Of a stretch of 64,000 bases of DNA, positions 1-9,771 are shown in pieces. The notes under the pieces were generated by a model that was not told the DNA's origin, did no database searches, and saw only the letters and a program-made list of their open reading frames with translations. This DNA comes from a virus (taxonomy: Duplodnaviria; Caudoviricetes). A program made the position numbers and the translations under genes. How positions within the stretch are numbered: position 1 is the first letter of the stretch; the number at the start of each line of letters is the position of its first letter. The stretch is taken from positions 30,147-94,146 of the IMG/VR virus record IMGVR_UViG_3300043676_000014; one strand, 5' to 3'.

Positions 1-508
1 GCGCGCAGGCATCCAGCGCAACGCGCCATGACGCCGTCCTCGCGGCATCTGGCTTGCCGACGCCGCGTTGATCCGGACTCCAGTGACCACCGTTCATATC
101 GAAGCCAACCAGAACGATCTTCTTCGCTCCAAATTGAATGGCTAGGTTGATCGCCTGAAACCCGGAGAAGCCGCCGCCGGTCCGCAGACCGCAACCCAGC
201 ACTCCAATCTCTCCCGTCAATATCTCAGCGCGTGGCTTGAGACTGACTTTCCTCAACTTGTAAACCCTGCACGCCGTAGGAGACGGAGAGACCTTCATTC
301 CCTTGAACTTCGGAGCGCCCTGGTTGGCGAGCCACCAGCCGACGTCGAGCGCGTATAGAACATCCGCGGTCGGCAACAGCCTCCATGAACTCTTGATAAC
401 TATCGAGCGAAACGATCCCGGTTCAATCTTTGCTGCGCTTGGGCCAGTGCCGACGATGACTGCCGTTTCACCAGACCAGTCAGGCCACTCAGCCGATCCG
501 TTCGTCAA
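1..508 (-). CDS. Partial glycan-modification/DUF115(Maf)-like protein, paralogue of 14116-14775; runs off the window start
   Basis: Manual translation from TTG 508: WPDWSGETAVIVGTGPS...SGFQAINLAIQFGAKKIVLVGFDM. Not in the ORF track. Confidence 0.75.
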   Translation of the reverse strand, partial: MTNGSAEWPDWSGETAVIVGTGPSAAKIEPGSFRSIVIKSSWRLLPTADVLYALDVGWWLANQGAPKFKGMKVSPSPTACRVYKLRKVSLKPRAEILTGEIGVLGCGLRTGGGFSGFQAINLAIQFGAKKIVLVGFDMNGGHWSPDQRGVGKPDAARTASWRVALDACA

Positions 509-719
509 TTTCAGTCTTTGTCAGAATCGAGAGATCGACGCCTCTATCGATAATCATTGTCTTCACACCCTGCGGCAGAATGCCTGTGAGATGCTTCCTG
601 GTTCTCTCGGTTGCGTCCTGCGACATTGGCCGATCTGTTTTGACAACTAGAACATCGCCGGGCGTCAACTGTAGTTTTGCTATCTCGAATGCACCGATAA
701 TCTTGATGGCGACTTCCAC
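489..719 (-). CDS. Hypothetical protein, paralogue of 48665-48976
   Basis: LxPGDxLVVK...DLSILT motif shared with 48665-48976. Confidence 0.7.
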   Translation of the reverse strand: MEVAIKIIGAFEIAKLQLTPGDVLVVKTDRPMSQDATERTRKHLTGILPQGVKTMIIDRGVDLSILTKTEIDERIG

Positions 720-723
720 GATT

Positions 724-1086
724 CTATCCTAGCGCTTTCATTTCTATGCGTACCAGCACAGCCCCAATAAAGATCGGCAGCACCCCCTGGACGGTACGCT
801 TACGTCCCGCCACCAATAGAGCGTCACCCTTGATAGGAATTCTGGGGTCGACTGCAGGAGGCGGACTATTTGGAGCCGACGGCCACACTGCCGCATCTAT
901 CTGAGTAGGAGATATGATGATCTTGAACTCTTGCTGGGAAATGGTGTCGACCAGCGGGTTAGGATTGAGATCGCGCACGAAGGCGGCACAATCCACGGAA
1001 GCTGCGCCTCGAGTCAGCGTGATGGTCTGACCGTCATTGGCTAGCGAGAAATCGAGATCGGCAATCTCCCTTTCTGCTTGCGTCAT
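724..1086 (-). CDS. Putative head-closure/head-tail joining protein
   Basis: Size, beta-rich PxKGD motif, position right after the adaptor. Confidence 0.6.
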   Translation of the reverse strand: MTQAEREIADLDFSLANDGQTITLTRGAASVDCAAFVRDLNPNPLVDTISQQEFKIIISPTQIDAAVWPSAPNSPPPAVDPRIPIKGDALLVAGRKRTVQGVLPIFIGAVLVRIEMKALG

Positions 1087-1748
1087 GCGAACGAAAGGCC
1101 ATTCACATAACCGCCGCGAGTGAGGATATCCATCACTTCGCCGGGCACAGCCGACGTATTAAGCTGTTTGTCAGAAACCCACCATTCTCGCCGACTCACA
1201 CCGGTTATCTCGAGCATCTTCAAATTCGGATCACGCGATCCTTGAGCGATCTCCGCCTGAACGAATTTGATAGCTGCATATTTCAGGTCAGCCGGAACAT
1301 CTTCATATCCTGCGCTGTATTCGATCACAGTATTGCCGCAAGGCCACCAGCCCCACGGTCCGTTTGGCATCGTGTAATGATATCCAGCGATGTTCGCACG
1401 ATAGAGAATTCCTGCAGCCGCATCGAGAGAGTATTCGGTCTCCGACAAAAGACTGCTCGTCTGCGTCACCGATACCAACTCGACTACAGGACGACGTGCC
1501 AGCACCAAAGACTTCTGCAAGCTCTTGAACAGAAATGTCTCGGTCACCGTCTCGAGCCGCATCGTTGGCTCTAGCGCACCCGCAGAAGGCACCTTGCACG
1601 CCTTGGTGATGACGGCGCTGACGTAGGCGCCGAGCGGTACGAGGGTTGCGTCCTGGCTGGAGTCGCCCGAACTTAAACCAGCTGCGGCTCGCAGTTCTGC
1701 CGTTGTGAGAAGTGACCTGTCATCATTTGGATCGGCGATGCTGAGCAC
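1083..1748 (-). CDS. Head-tail adaptor (connector) protein
   Basis: L+T+AEL N-terminus, PVxxxxSV and YxAGY-xxVPADLKxA motifs. Confidence 0.75.
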   Translation of the reverse strand: MLSIADPNDDRSLLTTAELRAAAGLSSGDSSQDATLVPLGAYVSAVITKACKVPSAGALEPTMRLETVTETFLFKSLQKSLVLARRPVVELVSVTQTSSLLSETEYSLDAAAGILYRANIAGYHYTMPNGPWGWWPCGNTVIEYSAGYEDVPADLKYAAIKFVQAEIAQGSRDPNLKMLEITGVSRREWWVSDKQLNTSAVPGEVMDILTRGGYVNGLSFA

Positions 1749-1749
1749 G

Positions 1750-2025
1750 TCAGAGATTCTTCATCTTGAGTTTACAGGTTCTGTCATAGGTTCGACCGCC
1801 GGCCGTCACGACGCGGTTTTGCAGCAAATAGGAATCTCCGGCCGTTCCGCCCGATACCCATACCGTTGTCGTTGTGTCCGTGTTGCTGTCGCTGTTCTTG
1901 GTGATTCCAGCAGGCACCGTCCATGTCGACGTGCTGATGGTGTCCGTATCCAACAGTAAAGCCCAATCGACACCGTAGTCCTTGACCTCGTCAGGGTCTT
2001 TCGGCGGCGTCCAACTCAGGGCCAT
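1750..2025 (-). CDS. Small virion adaptor protein (KDPDE family)
   Basis: KDPDEVKDYxxDW...WxSGG...Y...N.V.T..GR motifs. Confidence 0.65.
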   Translation of the reverse strand: MALSWTPPKDPDEVKDYGVDWALLLDTDTISTSTWTVPAGITKNSDSNTDTTTTVWVSGGTAGDSYLLQNRVVTAGGRTYDRTCKLKMKNL

Positions 2026-2037
2026 GCGATGGACTTT

Positions 2038-4113
2038 CTATGCCGGAATTTGTCGGCTCTCGGAAGCAAGCGAGATAAGCCTGTATTCAGCGCCTACTGA
2101 GATCATTCGATCTTCGGAGACGATCGCTATGGACCTGTCTTCCGCAGCAATCGAAATCACACAATCCGGATTGATCGGAGTATAGAGTCCGATCGTAAAG
2201 CCAGCGTCAGCGCCTGTGAGTGCGTAACTCCCCGCCGATGCGGGAAGCCATGATCTACTGATAAGAGCCGCGTTGTTGCCGGTCAGGCTGTAGCTGCCAG
2301 TGATCGCATTCAACTTGCGGCTGATCGCAAGATTGACTGCGATGCCGGTCAGAGAATAGGCGCCAGCAACCGCCGCGAGTTTGCGCCGGACCGTGACATT
2401 GGCTGCCGCGCCAGTGAGAGCATAATTACCAGCGCCAGCAACCAGCGTGTAGGCCGATAAGCCGCCGCTCTTGGTCAGCGCGGCGTCGCTGCCGGTTAAC
2501 GCATAACTTCCGGCAACGGCCGCAACACGACGACCGATCTTAAGTGCCGCCGCTGCTCCGGCTACAGCATAGGATCCGGCAACTGCCGACAGAACGTGCG
2601 CGGCCTTGAGCGCTGCCACGGCGCCGTTGACAGAGTACGAGCCGGAGACGGCGGATAGTTTTGATGCCTTGTCAAGAGTGGCGGCAGTTCCGGTGACGGC
2701 ATACGAACCAGCCGCCGCGGCCAGAGCGCGCGTTGCCCGCAATGTCGCTGCAGTCCCGGAGACAGCATATGACCCGACACCAGCAACGACGACGCGTCCG
2801 TATTTTACAGTGGCAGCAGTTCCGTTGAGCGCGTAACTTCCGGCACCAGCAGAGACATTGAGTCCGCGCTTGATAGATGCTGCCGTGCCGGTGACCGAAT
2901 AGGATCCCGCAGCAGCGGCAAGAATATAGGTTCGGCGGAGTGTTACTGCCTGACCAGAGACCGCGTATGAACCGGCGCCAGCGCCTAGAGAGTACCCCTT
3001 CCTGAGAGTGGCCGCCGTGCCCGTGACCGCATAAGAACCCGAACCGGCGGCTAAAACCCAACCATGTTTGATAGACGCCGCGGTGCCCGTAAGCGAATAA
3101 GAACCAGCGCCTGCGGACGATCGCCATGCATGGAGCAAGGTAGCCGCAGTGCCGGACGCTGCATACGAACCAGCAGCAGCCGTGGTGCGCCTTCCGGCCT
3201 TGATCGTCGCCGCCGTACCGGTTAGGGCGTAAGAACCTCCTGCCGCACTAAGGATGGTATTGGCAGTATAGGTGATAACGATGAGGCCCTGCTGCCCCGT
3301 GCCACCGGTTCCCAAACCAGCACCACCGCCGCCTCCACCGTAATTTGTGCCGTTGCCGCCGTTGCCTGCGGCAGATCCGCCGCCGCCTCCACCACCGCCA
3401 GTCGCCGCGCCGACCACCGAAGGCGTAGTCGTGTCGGGTAAGTGGGTCGACGTCCACATGCCGGTCGCGGCAGTTGGGGTAACTCCCGCACCAGACCCGC
3501 CCGCGCCGCCCGGTCCGCCACCGTTGGCGTTGGTGCCAGCCGTGCCAGCACTGGTCGTACCAGCACCGCCATTACCACCCGCGCCGCTTGTTCCTCCGCC
3601 AGAACCGCCGCCGCCGCCGAAGTCCGCACCGGCCGTCGTGTTGTCGCCCGCACCACCAGTGCCACCGACACCACCGGTGCCAGCCGCGCCGCCGCCGCCG
3701 CCGCCCGTGAGCGCCGTCGCACCGCCGAGGCCGCCAGGGCCGCCGTTGAATGTTGTGGCACCGCCGATGCCACCGGTGCCTCCAAGGCCACCGGTCGCAG
3801 ATGTAGCGCCCTTGCCGCCTCCTGCCGAGACCGTAGCCGCGGCGAGCGACGATCCATTGAACCAGGTGTCGCCGCCGTTAACGCCCGCTGCACCTGTCGC
3901 GCCGACCGAGAGATTGAGCGCTCCGGAAAGACCGGCGACATTTGTTATCTTCCTGTATTGACCGCCGCCGCCGCCACCGGCTCCAGCACCCGCCGCAGTC
4001 CTACCGCCGCCGCCGCCGCCGATGACCTCGATGCTGTTTGTTGCCGTCCAGTCGGCAGGGATTGTGAAAGTGCCGGCACCAACCGCCGTGATGAATATGA
4101 CTTTGACGGTCAT
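2038..4113 (-). CDS. Fibre-like virion protein: Gly-rich domain plus 16 x ~22-aa AxxGSYxxxG repeats
   Basis: Repeats counted in the translation. Lies within the structural module. Confidence 0.7.
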   Translation of the reverse strand: MTVKVIFITAVGAGTFTIPADWTATNSIEVIGGGGGGRTAAGAGAGGGGGGQYRKITNVAGLSGALNLSVGATGAAGVNGGDTWFNGSSLAAATVSAGGGKGATSATGGLGGTGGIGGATTFNGGPGGLGGATALTGGGGGGAAGTGGVGGTGGAGDNTTAGADFGGGGGSGGGTSGAGGNGGAGTTSAGTAGTNANGGGPGGAGGSGAGVTPTAATGMWTSTHLPDTTTPSVVGAATGGGGGGGGSAAGNGGNGTNYGGGGGGAGLGTGGTGQQGLIVITYTANTILSAAGGSYALTGTAATIKAGRRTTAAAGSYAASGTAATLLHAWRSSAGAGSYSLTGTAASIKHGWVLAAGSGSYAVTGTAATLRKGYSLGAGAGSYAVSGQAVTLRRTYILAAAAGSYSVTGTAASIKRGLNVSAGAGSYALNGTAATVKYGRVVVAGVGSYAVSGTAATLRATRALAAAAGSYAVTGTAATLDKASKLSAVSGSYSVNGAVAALKAAHVLSAVAGSYAVAGAAAALKIGRRVAAVAGSYALTGSDAALTKSGGLSAYTLVAGAGNYALTGAAANVTVRRKLAAVAGAYSLTGIAVNLAISRKLNAITGSYSLTGNNAALISRSWLPASAGSYALTGADAGFTIGLYTPINPDCVISIAAEDRSIAIVSEDRMISVGAEYRLISLASESRQIPA

Positions 4114-4156
4114 CGGCTATCCGCCGTTGAATTGCATCATCACCTGCGGGATCGCA

Positions 4157-4531
4157 TTATGAAGCATCCCAAACGGGGCGTTCATCAAACTGGCCGACGC
4201 AAAAGAACCTGTGCTTTTTCCCGCAATGGCAATGGAAAATGTAAATGTCCGGTGCCTGTTCGTCGGGGTGACTTTTCCGCGCCTCAACTTCGTGGTTTTC
4301 AGGGTGTCGACAACAGGAAGCGATCTGCTGATTTTGTTCCAGATGATCGATATGCTTCTGCTTTAAGTGACCTTCCGGAAGATCGGCCACCTTCACGCGC
4401 GGACATGCTGGGACTTGCGTCTCAGGCAATACTTCGCCCTTAAATGTCGCGTGGCGACGCGCCATCGCCTTCTGTGCCGGGGTGATAAACGGTGGACCAA
4501 GCGTAATAGTGCTAAGGGAATGCGGTTTCAT
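4157..4531 (-). CDS. Hypothetical Cys/His-rich protein
   Basis: CCRH...HCHC..H..FC cluster. Co-oriented with the operon. Confidence 0.6.
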   Translation of the reverse strand: MKPHSLSTITLGPPFITPAQKAMARRHATFKGEVLPETQVPACPRVKVADLPEGHLKQKHIDHLEQNQQIASCCRHPENHEVEARKSHPDEQAPDIYIFHCHCGKKHRFFCVGQFDERPVWDAS

Positions 4532-4564
4532 GCTAAGATAATCCGGCTTTTAGAGGAACTGCAT

Positions 4565-4759
4565 ATGGCCGAAATTGAAATCATCCAGATTGGCAAGTGG
4601 TCGGTGGCGCTTGAGCGCCGAAGCGGCGGCACCATGCTCCGTTTTGACTTTGCAGACGCACAGCCGCTCGTGCTTTTGGTTCCTAAAACCGAGGCATCGC
4701 AAATCGCTGAAGCGATACTCAACCAGTACAAAACCCCACCACCTTCGCGATTGAGCTAG
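4565..4759 (+). CDS. Small counter-oriented (moron-like) protein
   Basis: GAGGAA RBS upstream of ATG 4565. Fills the gap between two minus-strand genes. Confidence 0.55.
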   Translation: MAEIEIIQIGKWSVALERRSGGTMLRFDFADAQPLVLLVPKTEASQIAEAILNQYKTPPPSRLS

Positions 4760-5184
4760 GCAATAGTGAAAAGGCTTGCCCCGAAGTCCAGGGTAAGCGT
4801 TTCTCCTGTAGCGATCGTGAACGTCGCACCGTAATCCCACGACGCCCACACATCGTTCGCAGCAGACGTATCATCATAGATCGTGATGTAGCGCCCGGTC
4901 GTGCTGCCACCGAGATTGCCACCCGATGCCGTCCACACAACGTCAGTTCCGGTTGCCGTCACCGTGCCGCCCGAGCGCGTCGAGTTGAACGTGATATCGG
5001 CGCCGTCCGTCGTGTAGCCGTTCGTGCCGCTGATCTGGGTCAGATCTGCAATAGTGCTATCGGTGGCTACCGTAGGCGCATCTGTGTGAATGATCGCCTT
5101 CCAGACGTCGGTTGTGCCGAAGGCATCGATAAGCTTGTTGCAAAGCTTCTCGATAGCGGTTTCGTATTTTACATATGTCGCCAC
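4756..5184 (-). CDS. Putative virion structural protein (Thr/Gly-rich beta protein)
   Basis: GGAGGAG RBS, NGYT...WTASGG...WDYG motifs, upstream of the fibre gene. Confidence 0.6.
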   Translation of the reverse strand: MATYVKYETAIEKLCNKLIDAFGTTDVWKAIIHTDAPTVATDSTIADLTQISGTNGYTTDGADITFNSTRSGGTVTATGTDVVWTASGGNLGGSTTGRYITIYDDTSAANDVWASWDYGATFTIATGETLTLDFGASLFTIA

Positions 5185-5227
5185 GGCGCTCTCCTCCTAA
5201 GATCGCCATTTGCGGCGTTGGTGACTG

Positions 5228-5854
5228 CTAATTCTCTATAATCTCGCTTCGATGCCATAGTCCAAGAATGCGACCGTGGTCAGTAATCGATTGTTGCGGC
5301 GCTGGTAGATTGAACGGCGCGACAGTCAAATTGAGCGGACGAAACATGCCGCACTTCGGAATATCTGCGTTCTCTTCGTTACCGTGAGACGTCGCCAGCA
5401 GCCATGAGATGCCGCTGGTACGGAAGTTCTTGAGCGCTACCGACACCATCTCGTTAGGCAGATGTTGCAGAAAATCCCTGCACAGCATCAGGTCTGCGGG
5501 CGGCAGCAAGTCCCGGCAGATATCCAGTGTCATTACCTTTTTGGAACGCGGCCTGAACTGAAACGGTTGCGACTCCCGCGACCTTGCCGAGATGCAATGC
5601 TCCTCGTCGTAGTCGCATCCGATGTAGTCGACACTGGATAAATCGGTTCGCGCCATCCAGTTGAAGTCACCGCACGGCGCATCCAGCAGAGTCCTGATTT
5701 CAAATTCTGCCAACAGTTGCGGCAACCACGCTCTGATGCCAGACGTACTCGCCACCATCGATCCGGCACCGCATCCGGTCTCCGGCAGACCGGCGGTGAA
5801 TGGCATCCTCAATGCTAACGCTCCATTACTGGCGCGTTCCGAAAGGCGCGACAT
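5228..5854 (-). CDS. Class I SAM-dependent methyltransferase
   Basis: LLDAPCGDFNW, YIGCD, ADLMLCRDFLQHL. Start uncertain. Confidence 0.8.
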   Translation of the reverse strand: MSRLSERASNGALALRMPFTAGLPETGCGAGSMVASTSGIRAWLPQLLAEFEIRTLLDAPCGDFNWMARTDLSSVDYIGCDYDEEHCISARSRESQPFQFRPRSKKVMTLDICRDLLPPADLMLCRDFLQHLPNEMVSVALKNFRTSGISWLLATSHGNEENADIPKCGMFRPLNLTVAPFNLPAPQQSITDHGRILGLWHRSEIIEN

Positions 5855-6002
5855 TAGCGAGCGATAGCTGCTGCTGTGGCGCCATGTCGGCAGGCGTCAG
5901 ATATTCGACACGCTTCAACTTGCCGTCTGGGTAATACTCGATGGCTTTGACCAGGACACACTTAAACTTGTGCTCGAGACCGCAGATTTGACATTTCGCC
6001 AT
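5826..6002 (-). CDS. Small hypothetical protein (58 aa, CxxC)
   Basis: Manual translation MAKCQICGLEH...IEYYPDGKLKRVEY. Confidence 0.55.
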   Translation of the reverse strand: MAKCQICGLEHKFKCVLVKAIEYYPDGKLKRVEYLTPADMAPQQQLSLANVAPFGTRQ

Positions 6003-6006
6003 TGCG

Positions 6007-6624
6007 TCACGACCAGTTGTTGCGAACCCAATCCAGATGCATCAGATCTGGCTGCTTCGGTTTTCCGTGCATGTAAACGACGCGCGCTTCACCGATGCCG
6101 ATATCTCGCACGCGATGCGCCTTTAACGAAAGCACCTGTCCCGGCCACAGATCATCTATCGCCTGCCACGGAAACGTCCGCAGCCATTCCATGTCGTTCT
6201 CGCCGCGCCAGTCGTCGAACACCTTGCGATGTCCAGCCGGCACCAGCGCTACGCCGTTGATCGATTGCTCAGGCTTGTACGGATTGCGCGGCAGAGCGAT
6301 CTTGTCGCCCGTCAAACAATATTCCGCCATGTGATCGATGTTGCGAACGATGATCGTATCCAGCCCCACCAGGATCATCGGCTCGTTAAGTTTGTATGGC
6401 TCCGTGAAGCATCCGTAGTCCAGTTTCTTGCTGACCAATGGTTGCTGAAAGATCGGTTCCGAGAACTTCCTTGGCCTGTCGGAGAACAGCACGAACCGGA
6501 ACGGGACCGTCAGGTTTCGTGCGAAGCCGCGATAGAGTTTGTCGACCCAGCCTTCGTTGTAGCATCGAGAGAAGTCTTTGGAGTGTTTGTTAGCACTCCA
6601 AAGACATGACGCCACCGTGAGCAT
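6007..6624 (-). CDS. Putative GT-A glycosyltransferase
   Basis: V..L...ARNL.VPFRF, GLD at the DxD position, HGKPK. Paralogous to 9772-10428. Start trimmed to MLTVAS. Confidence 0.65.
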   Translation of the reverse strand: MLTVASCLWSANKHSKDFSRCYNEGWVDKLYRGFARNLTVPFRFVLFSDRPRKFSEPIFQQPLVSKKLDYGCFTEPYKLNEPMILVGLDTIIVRNIDHMAEYCLTGDKIALPRNPYKPEQSINGVALVPAGHRKVFDDWRGENDMEWLRTFPWQAIDDLWPGQVLSLKAHRVRDIGIGEARVVYMHGKPKQPDLMHLDWVRNNWS

Positions 6625-6650
6625 CTTATTTTTGTGCAGCGCAGACCTTT

Positions 6651-6986
6651 TTAGTTTGCGAGTCCCGATGCCTCGGCGCGACCAAGGTCGCCCATCGCCT
6701 GTGCTGAGTTGAAGGTGACCGGAATTGCCGGTGTCGCGTTGCTCACCATGCTTTGACCAGCGGTGAGTCCGCCGACGCCTAAACCGCTCAAGTAGTGACG
6801 GTACGGGTAGTACGGATAGACCGGAAGGCCGGGCAAGTACCGATCGACATAAACGCGCTCGGTCACAGGCTTGCCGTCGATTTCTGCCACGCGCGCCTTG
6901 ATGCGCGACCATTGGGCCTTCGTCGGGCAACCCGTGAAGGCTTCTGTGAAGCCATCGAACCAAGCCTTGAATTCAGAAGGTGTCAT
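6651..6986 (-). CDS. Hypothetical phage protein
   Basis: AGGAG RBS, MTPSEFKAWFDGF N-terminus. Confidence 0.7.
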   Translation of the reverse strand: MTPSEFKAWFDGFTEAFTGCPTKAQWSRIKARVAEIDGKPVTERVYVDRYLPGLPVYPYYPYRHYLSGLGVGGLTAGQSMVSNATPAIPVTFNSAQAMGDLGRAEASGLAN

Positions 6987-7007
6987 GTGATTCTCCTTTG
7001 GTTATAT

Positions 7008-7520
7008 TTACGTGAAGCATCCAGCCAACGGCATCCGCTCCGGCGCCCGCGGACTTAGCGGCACACATTCCCCTGACCTCTTGTGCAGGTAGTGCGCCTT
7101 GACATTCTTGCAGACGGTCGACCCTGCCGCGATCACCGCATGAGTACCGATACTGACGCCTGGAAGGATCTGACACCCGGCGCCGATGCTTGCTCCATCC
7201 TCGATATCCACCGTCGCCACGCTCTTGAGGAGCAGCGCCGAGACGTCAAACCCGTCCTTGCTCACCCGAGGCCACCGATCGTTACAGATCGTCGACAGTG
7301 GCCCTATGAAGACCTGATCGCCTATTCTCGTTCCGGGATTGATCGAACATCCGTGCCCGACAAGACATCCGTCACCCAGCCTCGCGCCGTCTATGATCGC
7401 ATTGCTTGCAATGTTGCAGTCATCACCTACTTCCGCGCCCCGGATCACACTGGCGAACTGCCAAACCTTCGTCCCAATGCCGACCCTCGAGTTCTCTACG
7501 AGGGCGAGGCGGTGGATCAT
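7008..7520 (-). CDS. Hexapeptide-repeat (left-handed beta-helix) N-acetyltransferase
   Basis: IG/VG hexapeptides, FIGP..T.CND..PR, GASIGA...ILPG. Confidence 0.85.
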   Translation of the reverse strand: MIHRLALVENSRVGIGTKVWQFASVIRGAEVGDDCNIASNAIIDGARLGDGCLVGHGCSINPGTRIGDQVFIGPLSTICNDRWPRVSKDGFDVSALLLKSVATVDIEDGASIGAGCQILPGVSIGTHAVIAAGSTVCKNVKAHYLHKRSGECVPLSPRAPERMPLAGCFT

Positions 7521-7807
7521 TATGAAGCGCCCTTCAGAACGATCTCGACTGCACCTCGAACTATTTCGGTAACTATCTCGTCGCCATCGACGCAGATATT
7601 ACCGTCCGCATCCACCTTGCAGCGCCTGAAGCAGCCTTCAAGGCTGTCGACCATGTCGACCATCTCCTGTTCCACTCCATCAAGGTAGGTGTGAACGGTC
7701 AAACCACGAATTTGCGCCTCTTGCCAATTGGCAAAGCCAGGATCCTTTTCATCGGAAGAGCAGAATCTGGTAGGCAACCATTCTTGTAGTGGAGTGTCTT
7801 TCTTCAT
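7520..7807 (-). CDS. Hypothetical protein
   Basis: ATGA overlap with the upstream gene. Start trimmed to MKKDTP. Confidence 0.55.
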   Translation of the reverse strand: MKKDTPLQEWLPTRFCSSDEKDPGFANWQEAQIRGLTVHTYLDGVEQEMVDMVDSLEGCFRRCKVDADGNICVDGDEIVTEIVRGAVEIVLKGAS

Positions 7808-8637
7808 GATCCCAGCATTCGCCATAAGGTGCCATCCGTGAGCTCGGCCTCGCACCACTGATTCGCGGCGAGGTTGTTCAACCACATCTGCCGATCCGGA
7901 TAGACCGGTGTTTCTATTTTCGAGAGATCGGTTTGTCCGACCAGAGACGCCGCGGAGTCCGCGCAAACAAAAACCGGAGCACCACAAATAACACTCTCAA
8001 CCGCAGCAATTGAACCGTGAGCCACCAGCGCATGGGCGCCCTTCAAGTCTTCCTGGAGGGGACGCTTGTCTTCCTTATCGCGCGTGATGATCTTGCGGTC
8101 GGTATACTTCTTGAGTTCGGCGATCGTCGTCTCGGTCCAGTTATCCAAACCGTGAAACCTAGAATAGGTTGGCGTCGGCATCGCCACAACGATGTGCGCG
8201 CCGCTCGTCTGCCAAGGCATCCCATCTGGTTTCATTTCGGACCAGCGCCACTCCCGAGACTTCCTGATCTGGTTGTAGGCGGCCTTCCAGCGATCTCCTG
8301 GGACGTCTCTGAGCGACTGAAGTTGATACGAATTCATATGCCAGCGGAACATCCCGCCATTTTCACCGCGCGGCGTATGCGTTGCGTACACGCGCAAAAA
8401 ATATCCGCGATCCCAATAGCAATGCCGACGATTTGTTGATCGCCATTTTGCTATTAGTGGCGTCAGTTCCGGAGAACAACCAACAATCGGCGTCACGTCA
8501 TCCGGTAGCGACGCCAGTTCAGCGACGTTGCCGCGGACTACCTTGCCGAGCTTTGATCCTATCCTGTCGAACAAATTGGCCTTCGGCCGCGAAAGCCCAT
8601 GCGGGACGTATAAGCAAGCCATTTTTGGCTCAATCAC
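7804..8637 (-). CDS. Putative GT-B glycosyltransferase (capsule-polysaccharide-modification-like)
   Basis: YWDRGY and L..A.ALV.H.S.AAVE.+..G.PVF C-terminal motifs. Confidence 0.6.
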   Translation of the reverse strand: MIEPKMACLYVPHGLSRPKANLFDRIGSKLGKVVRGNVAELASLPDDVTPIVGCSPELTPLIAKWRSTNRRHCYWDRGYFLRVYATHTPRGENGGMFRWHMNSYQLQSLRDVPGDRWKAAYNQIRKSREWRWSEMKPDGMPWQTSGAHIVVAMPTPTYSRFHGLDNWTETTIAELKKYTDRKIITRDKEDKRPLQEDLKGAHALVAHGSIAAVESVICGAPVFVCADSAASLVGQTDLSKIETPVYPDRQMWLNNLAANQWCEAELTDGTLWRMLGS

Positions 8638-9680
8638 TTTGCTGCCGACTTACTGCGTCTTATGGCAGCCACGGTCCTCTCTCGAAACTCTGGATCTGCC
8701 CACCTTGCCTTAGCAAGAGCGCTTCTCTTTTCGCTGAATTTCGTCTCTACCCGCTTTTTGCCATTGGCCCGTGCAATTTTTTGCTTTTCTCTGTAAGCCG
8801 GGTCGGCCCATTTGGCCCTAACCATAGCGCTTTGTTTTTCCCTAGAACCATCCTCAGAAAATCTAGCCTTACGTCGGTCTGGGTTTGATGACCATAAAGA
8901 TTTTGCCATCTCACTTTGCCGTGCCCGCCTTTCTTGATCGGACCACGCCGTCAGTAACTTGTCCCTGAAGTCAGTCAATTCCCATATCTTTGACTGATGC
9001 TTACTGGCCTTAGCGCGCCTTTCCGGAGTGTCTTTAGCCTTGAGTGCCGCCAGCATTTTACTGCGGATACTATCGTCTTGCCAATTTTCTTTTGATCTTT
9101 TGCTTATTCTGCTTCGATATTCTGGAGTATCGCGATCCTTCAAATACTTCTTTCGGTAAATTGGATCAGCCCACCTAACCAGCATAGTCTCTCTTTGACG
9201 CTTAATCTGCTCAGGATCAGACCAAAACATCTTCATAATTTTACGATGCTCATCGCTCGCCCACATATCCCTAGACATTTTTGTTCGGCGGGCTCGATAC
9301 TCTGGGTCTTTCCACATAATTCTGAGCGTCTCAGAATCCATACCTACACCACCGGGCCTCACGTTCCACAATTGTCCAGACGGAATGGAGGAAATTGATT
9401 CTATCTCCAGCGAGTACGCCTGATCCGATGTAGGGCCATCAGCGACAATCTTATGATCTACTGAGCGACCAGTCCTTAGTGCCTTGGCGAGTCGATTATA
9501 CAATATTGTTGACTTAACTTTTTCACCAGCGGCGCGCCGTCTATTTAAGGTGGCGGCAATTGAGAAATGATTATGAACCCTGCGACCGGTTCCCTTGCCG
9601 ATATAGCGAACGACATCATCAACAATGAGTTGATAGACGTATGAACCGGACGGGATTTGTTGTATTCGAGTCTTAGCCAT
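8634..9680 (-). CDS. GIY-YIG-type free-standing endonuclease with W-x-D-P-E helical repeats
   Basis: YVY...RYIGKG.G.R...E...L.N, followed by a very basic repeated C-terminal domain. Confidence 0.75.
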   Translation of the reverse strand: MAKTRIQQIPSGSYVYQLIVDDVVRYIGKGTGRRVHNHFSIAATLNRRRAAGEKVKSTILYNRLAKALRTGRSVDHKIVADGPTSDQAYSLEIESISSIPSGQLWNVRPGGVGMDSETLRIMWKDPEYRARRTKMSRDMWASDEHRKIMKMFWSDPEQIKRQRETMLVRWADPIYRKKYLKDRDTPEYRSRISKRSKENWQDDSIRSKMLAALKAKDTPERRAKASKHQSKIWELTDFRDKLLTAWSDQERRARQSEMAKSLWSSNPDRRKARFSEDGSREKQSAMVRAKWADPAYREKQKIARANGKKRVETKFSEKRSALAKARWADPEFRERTVAAIRRSKSAAK

Positions 9681-9771
9681 CTGCTGAACCTCGCACGTTC
9701 CGCTCTTGGTTAGAGCCGTCAGGGCGTTTCAGCACCTTGGCGGCTCGCTTATTTATGACTGCTTCGGCGAC

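Noticed and set aside
3347-4443. Pro-rich and Arg-rich + strand ORFs
   Set aside because: Antisense shadows of the Gly-rich fibre gene.
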